Origin: Oscillospiraceae bacterium
GTDB taxonomy: Bacteria > Bacillota > Clostridia > Oscillospirales > Oscillospiraceae
Assembly (NCBI GenBank): GCA_017938625.1
Contig: JAGBBD010000029.1
Span: 70-64,069, forward strand
Reading direction: 5' to 3'
DNA length: 64,000 nucleotides
The position numbers and the translations under genes were made by a program. The notes beneath the pieces were generated by a model. It saw nothing but the letters and a program-made list of their open reading frames with translations. It was not told where the DNA came from and ran no database searches. Positions 17,920 to 27,650 of this stretch are shown here, in pieces (positions within the stretch are counted from its first letter, which is position 1; each line of letters starts with the position of its first letter).

Positions 17920-19656
17920 ATGGCTGAAGTGCTGTTTATCACACCCAATATCCATGGCGCATTGAAAGAAGAGCCTCTGGGCACTATGCTGCTTGCGACC
18001 ATTCTGCGCAAACGCGGTGTGTCCGTGGATGTTCTGCAGTTTTATCACTTTGGCGATGCGGAAAAGTTTGAGGCATTTTTGGAAAATGCCACGACGCAGA
18101 TTCTGGAAAAACAGCCTAAGATCGTGTCCTTCTACACGCGCTGCGATACTTACCATGTTACCTTGAAGCTGGCACAGCAGATCAAAGCGCAGCGCAGTGA
18201 TATCTGGGTGGTCTTCGGTGGACCCCAATCCGATATTACGGCTCTGGACACAGTTCGCGAGATCCCTTATGTGGACTTTGTCTGCTGCGGCGAGGGTGAA
18301 ACGACGGTGTACCCGCTGTTTTCTTCTCTGATCGAGGGAGAGCCGGATCTGACGGTTCCCGGCCTTGTCTACCGCAAAGACGGTGAAGTGGTGTGCAATC
18401 CCAGACCTCAGCTGATCGAAGATCTGGATACCTTGCCCGAGATCGACTATTCTCTTCTGCAATACACCAATGCACACTTTTTAGGTGGCGTGGATATGTT
18501 CCCCATCGATGTGGGCAGAGGCTGTCCCTTTGGCTGCACCTATTGCAGCACAAAGACCTTCTGGGGAAGAAAATACCGTCTGAAAAGCCCTCAGCGCATT
18601 GCTGACGAGGTGCGCAGCATCCATGAGCGCTTTGGCTTTACAAGCTTTTTGTTTGAGCATGATATGTTTACCATGCGCCGCAAGCAGGTGGTGGAGACCT
18701 GCAAGCTGCTCAAGCAGCTGGATTTCCCCGTCACATGGCGATGCAGCGCCCGTCTGGACTGTCTGGACGAAGAACTGATCGATATTATGGTGGATGCAGG
18801 GCTTCAGAGCCTGTTCATCGGCATCGAAACGGGATCTGCCAGAATGCAGAAGCTGATCAACAAGAACTTGAAGCTGGAACACGTGGATCCCATGCTCAGT
18901 TATATCCTTTCCAAGGGACTGCGCGTCACAGCGTCTTTTATCTATGGTTTCCCGGAGGAGACCGAGGAAGATGCTGCCCAGACCGCTGCCATGGTGGCAA
19001 GACTGGAAAAGCTGCCCGGTGTGGATCTGCAGACCCATCTTTGTACCTTCCTGCCCGGCACAGAGCTGTCGAGCCGATATATGCATGAAATGACGGCATC
19101 GGAAGGCTATTCCGACATTGTCCGCGATGTGGCGCTTTCTCACTGCAAAGATCTGGTGGAGCAGCATCCTGTGATCTTCCAGCATCTTCTGGAGTATAAA
19201 ACGCCGCTGCGCACCAAGCTGCAGCATCTGTCTGTGTTCTTCCAGATGTGGACGCACACAAAACCGGTCTACCGCTATATTTACGAGCGCTATCCCGAAG
19301 ACGGCGCCCTTGAAATGTACTATGATTTTGCGGCAGACAATGCCAAAATTCTGGCACAGACGGCGCATTTACCTACCTCTCAGCAACTTGCAAGTCTTTT
19401 AAAAGAAGATAATTTTATAAAACGGTTTGAAAATGACGAAAATTATGATATCATACAGGATATCCGTCGTTTCAAACTTGCCCAGACTTCTGAGGAGGTG
19501 GCAAAGGGCGGCACGGTCACAGACCTGTACTGCTTCTCACCCCGTGATCTGGAGCGCTGTGCCCGTCTGCAGGATATGAAGCGTGGACGCTATATCGTTT
19601 CCTGCACAGGCAGACCCAACGGCGGTGTGAAGGTGGAGATCTTCCGCCGCGGCTAA
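17920..19656 (+). CDS. B12-binding-domain radical SAM protein (578 aa)
   Basis: N-terminal Rossmann-like B12-binding region and a CPFGCTYC (CxxxCxxC) cluster motif. The ATG at 17920 follows GAGGGA. Substrate unknown. Confidence 0.8.
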   Translation: MAEVLFITPNIHGALKEEPLGTMLLATILRKRGVSVDVLQFYHFGDAEKFEAFLENATTQILEKQPKIVSFYTRCDTYHVTLKLAQQIKAQRSDIWVVFGGPQSDITALDTVREIPYVDFVCCGEGETTVYPLFSSLIEGEPDLTVPGLVYRKDGEVVCNPRPQLIEDLDTLPEIDYSLLQYTNAHFLGGVDMFPIDVGRGCPFGCTYCSTKTFWGRKYRLKSPQRIADEVRSIHERFGFTSFLFEHDMFTMRRKQVVETCKLLKQLDFPVTWRCSARLDCLDEELIDIMVDAGLQSLFIGIETGSARMQKLINKNLKLEHVDPMLSYILSKGLRVTASFIYGFPEETEEDAAQTAAMVARLEKLPGVDLQTHLCTFLPGTELSSRYMHEMTASEGYSDIVRDVALSHCKDLVEQHPVIFQHLLEYKTPLRTKLQHLSVFFQMWTHTKPVYRYIYERYPEDGALEMYYDFAADNAKILAQTAHLPTSQQLASLLKEDNFIKRFENDENYDIIQDIRRFKLAQTSEEVAKGGTVTDLYCFSPRDLERCARLQDMKRGRYIVSCTGRPNGGVKVEIFRRG

Positions 19657-19699
19657 TTGCGATCAAGCCGCCGGGCTTGTCCCGGCGGCATCATATGGA

Positions 19700-19921
19700 A
19701 AAATGCTGTGAGAAAGTCAGCAGCAGTCAGGACCCAGAGCGAGGAGGGGATGGTGCAAGCCCTCCGGGAGACCGGCTGCCGCAGCCGCTTTTGAGCATCC
19801 GCGCGAGGAGTGCGGCGTTTCATCTGCGATAGAAGATGGCTAAGATACCGCGCAAGCGGTAATTAGGGTGGTACCGTGAAGCATTGCTTCGCCCCTATGA
19901 GTGGGCGGAGCATATTTTTTT
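19700..19921 (+). promoter_or_regulatory. T-box riboswitch leader of alaS
   Basis: Canonical T-box sequence AATTAGGGTGGTACCGTG (19861-78). A terminator stem CGCCC-CTATGAGT-GGGCG follows, then a T run (19891-19921). A stem-I-like AGAGCGAGGAGGGGATGGTGCAAGCCCTCC lies upstream. The UGGU bulge fits an A73 tRNA. The specifier codon was not assigned by eye. Confidence 0.85.
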
Positions 19922-19950
19922 GTAAATTCATCCAAAGGAGATTTCACATT

Positions 19951-22590
19951 ATGGAACAGAAAAAATACGGACTCAACGAACTGCGTGAGATGTTTCTGAG
20001 CTACTTTGAGAGCAAGGGTCATCTGCGTCTGCCCAGTTTCTCTCTGGTGCCGCAGAATGATGCATCTTTGCTGCTCATCAACTCCGGCATGGCACCTATG
20101 AAGCCCTACTTCAAGGGCGAGCAGGAGCCTCCCCGCCGCCGCATCTGCACCTGCCAGAAGTGCATCCGCACCGGTGACATTGAGAACATCGGCAAGACTG
20201 CCCGTCATGGCACTTATTTTGAGATGCTGGGCAACTTCTCGTTCGGTGATTATTTCAAGGAAGAAAGCCTTGCCTACAGCTGGGAATTTTTGACCAAGGT
20301 GGTGGGACTTTCCGAGGATCGTCTGTACCCTTCCATCTATGAAAACGACGACGAAGCCTTTGAGATCTGGAATAAGCAGATCGGCATCGCACCGGAGCGC
20401 ATTTTCCGTTTCGGCAAGGCTGATAACTTCTGGGAGCATGGTGCCGGTCCCTGCGGCCCCTGCTCCGAGATCTACTATGACCGCGGCGAAAAGTACGGTT
20501 GCGGCAGCCCCGATTGCACCGTTGGCTGTGAGTGCGACCGTTTCATCGAGGTGTGGAACAACGTGTTCTCCCAGTTTGATAACGACGGCAACGGCAACTA
20601 CACCGAGCTTGTGCAGAAGAACATCGATACCGGCATGGGTCTGGAGCGTCTGGCAGTGGTCTGCCAGGATGTTGACAGCCTGTTTGATGTGGACACGGTC
20701 ATGAACATCACCAACCGTGTTTCTCAGCTGACCGGTGCATACTACGGCAAGACCCAGAAGATGGACGTGAGCCTGCGTGTCATTACCGACCACATCCGTT
20801 CCTCCGTCTTTATGATCTGCGATGGTGTTTTGCCCTCCAACGAAGGCAGAGGCTACGTGCTTCGCCGTTTGCTCCGCCGCGCTGCCCGTCATGGCAAGCT
20901 GCTGGGCGTCAACGAGCCTTTCCTGTATCAGGTGGTGGAGACCGTCGTGCAGGAAAACGAAGGTCAGTACCCCGATGTGCGTGAAAAGCAGGCATATATC
21001 ACCAAGGTCATCAAGGTGGAAGAAGAAAACTTTGCCAAGACCATCGACGGCGGCATGAAGATCTACGGCGAAATGCTGGCAGCCTACAAAGCAGAAGGCA
21101 CTACCGTGTTCTCCGGCGCCGATGCATTCAAGCTGTATGATACCTACGGATTCCCCATTGATCTGACTCTGGAAATGGTGGAAGAAGAGGGCATGACCGT
21201 GGATCAGGATGCCTTTACCGCTCTCATGCAGGAGCAGCGTCAGCGCGCCAGAAAGGCGCGTGAGGCGCTGGGCGATCTGGGCTGGTCCGGTGTGGATCTT
21301 GGCCAGGAAATGCCCGAGACTGTGTTTGTCGGCTACACCGAGAATGAAGCTGAGGGAAAGATTCTCGCCATCGTGGCAGAGGACGAGCAGCGCCAGGATA
21401 TGGTCGCAGGCGTGGAAGCCATCGTTGTTATGGACAAGACGCCCTTCTATGCCGAAATGGGCGGCCAGGTCGGCGACCATGGTGTGATCGTCACGGCAGA
21501 CGGCGAGTTCGAAGTCCGCGATGTGCAGAAGAACAAGGGCGGCAAATACCTGCACTACGGTGTCATGCGAGCAGGCACCATGAAGGTGGGCGAAACTGTC
21601 ACCGCCAAGATCGATACCATCCGCCGTGCAGCCATTGCCCGTGCCCATACGGCGACCCATCTGCTGCAGGCAGCGCTGGAAAAGACCCTCGGTGAGCACT
21701 GTCACCAGGCAGGCTCTCTGGTGGAACCCGACCATCTGCGTTTTGACTTTACCCATTTCTCCGCTGTGACACAGGAAGAGCTCAGCACCATCGTCCGTGA
21801 TGTGATGGAAGCTGTTCTGGACGGCGATGATGTGGATACCATGGTTCTGCCCATTGAAGAGGCAAAGAAGCTGGGTGCTACCGCACTCTTTGGTGAAAAG
21901 TACGGCGATACGGTTCGTGTGGTCAAAATGGGCGAGCGCTCTCTGGAATTCTGCGGCGGCACCCATCTGAACAACACCGCAAAGGTCGGTATGTTCCGCG
22001 TGGTGTCCGAAGCATCCGTTGCTTCCGGTGTGCGCCGTATTGAAGCTTACACCGGCAAGGAAGTTCTGCGTCAGCTCGATGAGATGAAGCAGACCATCCA
22101 GGAAGCTGCTGAGATCCTCAAGACCACTCCCAAGGAACTGCTCAATAAGGCAGCAGCTACCATGCAGGAGATCAAAGATGCCAAGCAGAATGTGGATCGT
22201 CTGAAGGACAAGCTGTTCTCCGGCGATATTGAGCGTACCCTCTTTGCCGCAAAGTCCATCGCAGGTCTGCGTGTGGTCACCGTGACCCGCAGCGATATTG
22301 AGACCGGTGACCTGCGTAAGATGGGCGACTTCCTCAAGGATAAGGCTGCCGACGTGGTCGCTCTGCTGGCAGCAGTGCAGGATGACAAAATCACCCTCAA
22401 TGCCGTCTGCGGCAAGGATGCCATCGCAAAGGGCATCAAGGCAGGCGATATCATCAAGAACCTGGCTCCCATCTGCGGCGGCAGAGGCGGCGGCAAGCCC
22501 GACAGCGCCATGGGCGGCGGCACCGACGTACTCAAGCTGGATGATATGATGGCAGCTCTGGACGATTACGTGGCAGCCAACGCAAAGTAA
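19951..22590 (+). CDS. alaS: Alanine--tRNA ligase (879 aa)
   Basis: N-terminal LREMFLSYFESKGH..LPS.SLVP, class II motifs, the editing-domain HTATHLL motif and a C-terminal DHHA1-like GGGGKPD. The ATG follows AAAGGAGA. Confidence 0.97.
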   Translation: MEQKKYGLNELREMFLSYFESKGHLRLPSFSLVPQNDASLLLINSGMAPMKPYFKGEQEPPRRRICTCQKCIRTGDIENIGKTARHGTYFEMLGNFSFGDYFKEESLAYSWEFLTKVVGLSEDRLYPSIYENDDEAFEIWNKQIGIAPERIFRFGKADNFWEHGAGPCGPCSEIYYDRGEKYGCGSPDCTVGCECDRFIEVWNNVFSQFDNDGNGNYTELVQKNIDTGMGLERLAVVCQDVDSLFDVDTVMNITNRVSQLTGAYYGKTQKMDVSLRVITDHIRSSVFMICDGVLPSNEGRGYVLRRLLRRAARHGKLLGVNEPFLYQVVETVVQENEGQYPDVREKQAYITKVIKVEEENFAKTIDGGMKIYGEMLAAYKAEGTTVFSGADAFKLYDTYGFPIDLTLEMVEEEGMTVDQDAFTALMQEQRQRARKAREALGDLGWSGVDLGQEMPETVFVGYTENEAEGKILAIVAEDEQRQDMVAGVEAIVVMDKTPFYAEMGGQVGDHGVIVTADGEFEVRDVQKNKGGKYLHYGVMRAGTMKVGETVTAKIDTIRRAAIARAHTATHLLQAALEKTLGEHCHQAGSLVEPDHLRFDFTHFSAVTQEELSTIVRDVMEAVLDGDDVDTMVLPIEEAKKLGATALFGEKYGDTVRVVKMGERSLEFCGGTHLNNTAKVGMFRVVSEASVASGVRRIEAYTGKEVLRQLDEMKQTIQEAAEILKTTPKELLNKAAATMQEIKDAKQNVDRLKDKLFSGDIERTLFAAKSIAGLRVVTVTRSDIETGDLRKMGDFLKDKAADVVALLAAVQDDKITLNAVCGKDAIAKGIKAGDIIKNLAPICGGRGGGKPDSAMGGGTDVLKLDDMMAALDDYVAANAK

Positions 22591-22605
22591 GAAAGGGGTA
22601 ACACC

Positions 22606-22944
22606 ATGTCCGATTGTCTGTTTTGTAAGATCATTGCAGGGGACATCCCCAGCAGCAAGGTCTATGAGGATGAACTGTGCTATGCATTCCATGACATTGC
22701 GCCTATGGCACCTACCCATTTCCTCGTGGTGCCCAAGATCCACTTTGCTTCCGCAGCGGAAGTGAATGAAGAAAATGCAGCCGTGGTCGGTCATATCTAT
22801 GCCGTCATTGCAAAGCTTGCCAAGGAACTTGGCTTTGCCGATGGCTACCGTGTGGTGACCAATGTGGGTGAGCTGGCAGGTCAGACTGTCCATCACATCC
22901 ATTTCCATGTGCTGTCCGGTAAGCCCCTCGGCAGCTTCAACTAA
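22606..22944 (+). CDS. HIT-family (histidine triad) nucleotide-binding protein
   Basis: CLFCKII.G.IP and the HHIHFHVL triad. Confidence 0.9.
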   Translation: MSDCLFCKIIAGDIPSSKVYEDELCYAFHDIAPMAPTHFLVVPKIHFASAAEVNEENAAVVGHIYAVIAKLAKELGFADGYRVVTNVGELAGQTVHHIHFHVLSGKPLGSFN

Positions 22945-23582
22945 TGGTTTCTCATGTACTGTTTGATCTTGACGGTACTTTGACTGAATCGGGAATTGGA
23001 ATCACACGCTCCGTGATGTACGCGCTCAGGCAGTTCGGCATCACGGAGCGTGATCCGGAAACGCTGGCGCGGTTTATTGGGCCGCCTCTGGTCGATTCGT
23101 TTCACAAGTATTATGGCTTTCCCATGGAGCAGGCGGAACTTGCGGTGAAGTATTACCGTGAGTACTATTCTGTGACAGGTATTTTTGAAAACCGGGTCTA
23201 CGACGGTGTCAGGGAAATGCTTTCTGCGCTGAATGAGCGCGGTGTGGGCTGCGTTCTTGCCACCTCCAAGCCGGAGCACTATGCCGTGAAGATCTTGGAT
23301 CATTTTGATCTGTCCTCTTATTTTACCGCTGTCTGCGGGGCGACCATGGATACATCGCGGTCTAAAAAGGCAGATGTGATCGCCTATGCATTGAAGACTG
23401 TGGGTGCAGATCCTGCAAGGACTGTCATGGTGGGCGACCGGGATCAGGATATCCTCGGTGCAAAAACCTTTGGGCTTTCTGCTGTCGGTGTACTCTATGG
23501 CTATGGCAGCAGAGAAGAACTGCTTTCTGCCGGCGCCGATGCCTTGGCAGAAAGTGCTTTGGATATTCTTCGGTTTTGTTAA
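22944..23582 (+). CDS. HAD-superfamily hydrolase (phosphoglycolate-phosphatase-like)
   Basis: VLFDLDGTL motif I and GDRDQD motif IV. Its start overlaps the HIT stop (TAATG). Confidence 0.8.
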   Translation: MVSHVLFDLDGTLTESGIGITRSVMYALRQFGITERDPETLARFIGPPLVDSFHKYYGFPMEQAELAVKYYREYYSVTGIFENRVYDGVREMLSALNERGVGCVLATSKPEHYAVKILDHFDLSSYFTAVCGATMDTSRSKKADVIAYALKTVGADPARTVMVGDRDQDILGAKTFGLSAVGVLYGYGSREELLSAGADALAESALDILRFC

Positions 23583-23627
23583 AAACACGATGCCTTATGC
23601 GTCGTTCATATTGAGTTGGTGATCACA

Positions 23628-23780
23628 GTGGGAATTAAAAAAAGAGTTGTAAGTGTCCGTATGGACGAAACCTTGTTCCAAAAACTGAGACAGATCGCAC
23701 AGCAGCAGAACAGGCCGTTTTCCAACCTTGTGGAAACAGTCATGAAGGACTATGCTGCAAAGTGGGAGGAGCAACAGTAA
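23628..23780 (+). CDS. Small ribbon-helix-helix (CopG/Arc-like) protein, 50 aa, absent from the ORF track
   Basis: My translation is MGIKKRVVSVRMDETLFQKLRQIAQQQNRPFSNLVETVMKDYAAKWEEQQ. It fits a beta-strand/helix/helix RHH pattern. It has a GTG start with a weak RBS and is followed by a strong terminator. Confidence 0.55.
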   Translation: MGIKKRVVSVRMDETLFQKLRQIAQQQNRPFSNLVETVMKDYAAKWEEQQ

Positions 23781-23790
23781 ATCTGGTCAA

Positions 23791-23825
23791 AAGACCGCTG
23801 CGAAACTATCGCAGCGGTCTTTTTG
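23791..23825 (+). terminator. Rho-independent terminator after the RHH ORF
   Basis: AAGACCGCTGCG-AAACTAT-CGCAGCGGTCTT followed by TTT. Confidence 0.8.
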
Positions 23826-23838
23826 TGTGTGAATAGAT

Positions 23839-25998
23839 ATGCGGAAATTGGCCATCTTTGCTGCCGGTTTTGCTTTGGCAGCAGCGTGTTATGTATATTT
23901 GCATCTTGATGCCCGGGCGTTTTGGATCGCCGGGGCTTGTGTTGCGTTGTCCCTGCTGTGCCGCGTCTTTACTGTTCGCAGAGTGAGTATTGCCTGCCTT
24001 GGTCTTGCGGTTGGACTTCTCTGGTGCTGTCTGTACCAGCAGCTGTGGCTGCAAGATGCCTTTGCCATGAATGAAACAGAGCAGACGGTGCAGGTAAGAG
24101 TCTCTCAATACCCAAGGCAGACCACCCGCGGTGCTTCGGTGCTCTGTACGCTGAACGGTCACGGCGCGGTGTTGTACGGGAAGGAAGAGCTTCTGCCCCT
24201 CACACCGGGAGATTTTGTAACTTGTCGGGCGAAGGTCAAAGTGCAGACTGATGACCTGTATCTGATGGCGAACGACAATTTGCTGATGCTCTATGCCAAA
24301 TCGGAACTGACCATAGAAAAGGGCGATCCTACCTGGGCAGAGCAGATCAGGATATTTCTGCAGTCCCGCATCCATACGCTCTATGAGGGCGAAGCGGCAG
24401 GACTTGTCAAAGCGCTGCTGACAGGCGACCGCTCCGGTCTGTCTTATCAGACCACCAATGCCATGTCTGTGGCAGGCGTCAGCCATGCCGTGGCTGTGTC
24501 TGGCATGCACGTATCCATTCTCATCACCATGATCGCCATGCTGTGCGGCTATTCTCCAAAGCTGACAGCACTGTTTGGTATCCCCATCGTTGTGTCGTTT
24601 GCCTTGATGACAGGCGCTTCGCCATCTGTGTGCAGAGCCGCTGTGATGCAGATCCTGCTTTTGTGTGCGCCTTTGGCGCGAAGAGAACGTGACAATGCCA
24701 CGACTCTTGGCGCGGCAGCACTGTTGATTCTTGCCCAAAATCCATGGTGCATCGCAAGCGTCAGCTTCCAGTTGTCTTTTGCGGCGGTGGCAGGATTGAT
24801 GCTGTTTTGTGAGCGTATTCAAAACAGGCTTCTGTCTTTCCGAAAAGCTTCGGGTGCTGTCTGGAATTTTATTTCCTCCGGTATGGCAGCCACTTTGAGC
24901 GCCACGCTGCTGACACTACCTCTGACCATTTTCTATTTTGGTATTCTTTCCCTTGCTGCACCTCTTGTCAATCTGCTGGTGCTGTGGGCTGTGACAGGTG
25001 TGTTCACTCTGGGGCTCTGTTCCTGTGTGCTTGGAGGTCTTGGCGCCGCGGTCGCATGGATCGTGAGCATATTGTGCCGATACATTCTGGGGGTATGCAC
25101 GATAACAGCGTCTGTTCCCTTTGCCGCGGCCTATCCTCAGAATGTTCCGCTGATGGTCTGGGGCGTGCTGCTGTATTTGCTGGCAGCTGCCGTATTGACC
25201 TTTGACCGATTTCCGGTCAGATGGAGCCTGTGCGTTATGACCTTGGGCTTTGTGGCTTGCGTCATGACTTCCCATTGGGGCTTCGTCAGTCATCCGTGGC
25301 GACTGACGGCTCTGGATGTGGGGCAAGGGCAGAGTCTTGTGCTGCAGATCGGAGATTATACAGCGCTGATTGACTGCGGCGGCAGCGCGCCGCAGAAAGC
25401 AGGCGAGCAAGCGGCGCGGTTTTTCCACAGTGCGGGTATTACCCACATCGATGCCTTGATCGTGACCCATTTTGACGCGGATCATGTAGGTGGTGTGGAG
25501 CAGTTTTTATCCCGGGTGGAGACCGACATGGTCTTTTTGCCGCTGGGAGAGAACGAGACAGTGCAGACACTACGCGGGTATGATACAAAACTCTGCACCG
25601 TAGCAGACCTGACGCAGGTGGAACTTCCGGAAGGCAGTCTGACGATCTATCCACCTATTTTAAAAGAAAATGACAACAACAGCGGTATCTGTGTCTTGGC
25701 AACAGCGGCAGAATATGATATTCTAATAACCGGCGATATGGATCAAAACGCGGAGCGGTGTCTGCTGTCAATCTGGGAACTTCCGGATGTGGAACTGCTG
25801 ATCGCGGGTCACCACGGTGCTGCCACCTCCACATCGCAGCAGCTTCTGGATACGGTCAGACCGGAAACGGTTTTGATCAGCGTCGGAAGCGGCAATGCCT
25901 ACGGGCATCCCCATCAAGAAACATTGGACAGGATCCGTTCTGTCGGTGCACAGATCTGGCGCACCGATGTTGACGGCACGATCTGCATCCATCCGTAA
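23839..25998 (+). CDS. comEC: DNA internalisation competence protein ComEC/Rec2
   Basis: Polytopic competence domain plus a C-terminal metallo-beta-lactamase fold (LDVGQGQS...THFDADHVGG). Confidence 0.9.
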   Translation: MRKLAIFAAGFALAAACYVYLHLDARAFWIAGACVALSLLCRVFTVRRVSIACLGLAVGLLWCCLYQQLWLQDAFAMNETEQTVQVRVSQYPRQTTRGASVLCTLNGHGAVLYGKEELLPLTPGDFVTCRAKVKVQTDDLYLMANDNLLMLYAKSELTIEKGDPTWAEQIRIFLQSRIHTLYEGEAAGLVKALLTGDRSGLSYQTTNAMSVAGVSHAVAVSGMHVSILITMIAMLCGYSPKLTALFGIPIVVSFALMTGASPSVCRAAVMQILLLCAPLARRERDNATTLGAAALLILAQNPWCIASVSFQLSFAAVAGLMLFCERIQNRLLSFRKASGAVWNFISSGMAATLSATLLTLPLTIFYFGILSLAAPLVNLLVLWAVTGVFTLGLCSCVLGGLGAAVAWIVSILCRYILGVCTITASVPFAAAYPQNVPLMVWGVLLYLLAAAVLTFDRFPVRWSLCVMTLGFVACVMTSHWGFVSHPWRLTALDVGQGQSLVLQIGDYTALIDCGGSAPQKAGEQAARFFHSAGITHIDALIVTHFDADHVGGVEQFLSRVETDMVFLPLGENETVQTLRGYDTKLCTVADLTQVELPEGSLTIYPPILKENDNNSGICVLATAAEYDILITGDMDQNAERCLLSIWELPDVELLIAGHHGAATSTSQQLLDTVRPETVLISVGSGNAYGHPHQETLDRIRSVGAQIWRTDVDGTICIHP

Positions 25999-26011
25999 AG
26001 AAGGTGAAACG

Positions 26012-27067
26012 ATGGCAAAAGAAGAAACAGGCGCAATGGATATCTTGAAAAAAGAACTGAAGCAGGATGTGTTCAGAAGACTCTATTTCTTCCATGGTGA
26101 GGAGCATTTTCTGCGCGATCACTATCTGCAGATGCTCCATGATAAGCTGCTCTCCGGCCCTGCGCAGGAGTTCAATTACCATCGTTTTACCCAGGAAAAT
26201 ATGGACTTACAGCAGCTTTCCGATGCGGTGGAAGCGCTTCCTATGATGGCGCCTTCTTCCATGGTGCAGGTCGATGACTGCGATTTGAGCAGACTGACGG
26301 AGGCAGACCGGGATAAACTGGTACAGATTTTGACAGATATTCCCGATTACTGCAGCGTTGTCTTTGTGTTTGATACTGTACCATTCAAGGTAGACGGTCG
26401 GCAGAAAAAACTGAAGGAGGCGGTGGATCGCGGATTTGCCGTGGAGTTTGGCTGTCAAAATCAGCGGGAGCTGAACAACTGGATTCGCCGCCGCTTCCGT
26501 GCCCACGGCAAGGATATCGATGACCGCCTTTGTGAGCATTTGACTTTTTTGACAGGCGGCACCATGACAGCTTTGGCAGGGGAAATCGAGAAGATCGCCG
26601 CGTTTTCCTCCGGCGATGTGATCACGCCGCAGGATGTTGCCACGGTGGTGATTCCCGTTCTCGATGCTCAGGTCTTTGATCTGACCGGTGCCATTGCGGA
26701 CGGTGATTATGAAAAAGCGCTTCTGAAGCTGCGCACCCTTCTGCAGATGCAGGAAGAGCCCATACCGCTGCTTGCCTCCATCGGTGGTCAGCTGCGCAGA
26801 CTGCTCTATGCCCGTGCCGCTATGAATGCAGGCAAGGGCGAGGCAGGTGTGACGGAGCTTTTGACCCTTCCCACGGGACGAAAACCTCATCCCTATGTGC
26901 TGCAGAAGACCATGACCTCAGCACGCAGACTGTCCGATGGCTTCTGCGCAAAGGCGATGGAACTGTGTCTGCAGGCAGATGTCAGCTTGAAGGGCGGATC
27001 TTCCGATGATGCGCGCACCCTGGAACTGCTGATTCTTGCCCTTGCACAGGAGGTGCGCCGTGGTTAA
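26012..27067 (+). CDS. holA: DNA polymerase III delta subunit (351 aa)
   Basis: The YFFHGEE.FL N-terminus and the conserved comEC-holA synteny. The ATG at 26012 follows GAAGGTG. Confidence 0.85.
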   Translation: MAKEETGAMDILKKELKQDVFRRLYFFHGEEHFLRDHYLQMLHDKLLSGPAQEFNYHRFTQENMDLQQLSDAVEALPMMAPSSMVQVDDCDLSRLTEADRDKLVQILTDIPDYCSVVFVFDTVPFKVDGRQKKLKEAVDRGFAVEFGCQNQRELNNWIRRRFRAHGKDIDDRLCEHLTFLTGGTMTALAGEIEKIAAFSSGDVITPQDVATVVIPVLDAQVFDLTGAIADGDYEKALLKLRTLLQMQEEPIPLLASIGGQLRRLLYARAAMNAGKGEAGVTELLTLPTGRKPHPYVLQKTMTSARRLSDGFCAKAMELCLQADVSLKGGSSDDARTLELLILALAQEVRRG

Positions 27068-27650
27068 ACTGAAGCAAGCCATCGTGGTGGAGGGCAAGTA
27101 CGATAAAAATACCCTCAGCCAGCTGGTAGATACAGCGATCTTTACGACAGACGGCTTTGGCGGTATGAATGATAAGACCTTTCTCTCCTTCCTGCGCTCT
27201 GTGGCGCAGGCGAGGGGATTGATTGTTCTGACGGATTCCGACGGTGCAGGCTTTGTCATTCGCAACCGTCTGAAAAGTGCTTTGCCTAAGCAGGGCGTTC
27301 TCCATGCCTATATCCCGGATATTTACGGGAAGGAAAAGCGTAAGACTGCCCCCGGCAAGGAGGGCAAGCTTGGTGTGGAAGGCATGGACGGCGCTGTACT
27401 GCTGCAGGCTCTTGAGCAGGCGGGCGCCACCTTTGAAGATGGCAGTGCGCCTTCTCCCAAAGAGCCTTTAACAAAGCTGGATCTGTACGAGCTGGGACTC
27501 TCCGGGCACAGCGACAGCAAGGAAAAGCGGCTGCAGCTTCTGAAAAAATTGAACTTTCCGGAGCATATGAGCGCCAACGCGCTGTTGGAGGCTCTGAATA
27601 TTCTCTATGGCAGAGAAGAATTTCTGTCGTATTATGAGGAAACACTATGA
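27060..27650 (+). CDS. Toprim-domain protein (RNase M5-like / DUF4093-like)
   Basis: IVVEGKYD...VLTDSDGAG Toprim signature. A GTG start at 27060 follows GGAGG and overlaps the holA end. Confidence 0.7.
   Translation: MVKLKQAIVVEGKYDKNTLSQLVDTAIFTTDGFGGMNDKTFLSFLRSVAQARGLIVLTDSDGAGFVIRNRLKSALPKQGVLHAYIPDIYGKEKRKTAPGKEGKLGVEGMDGAVLLQALEQAGATFEDGSAPSPKEPLTKLDLYELGLSGHSDSKEKRLQLLKKLNFPEHMSANALLEALNILYGREEFLSYYEETL

Noticed and set aside
19840-22908. 1022-aa minus-strand ORF
   Set aside because: It lies antisense to alaS and the HIT gene. It has no recognisable domains and crosses a T-box leader and an intergenic gap. Shadow ORF.
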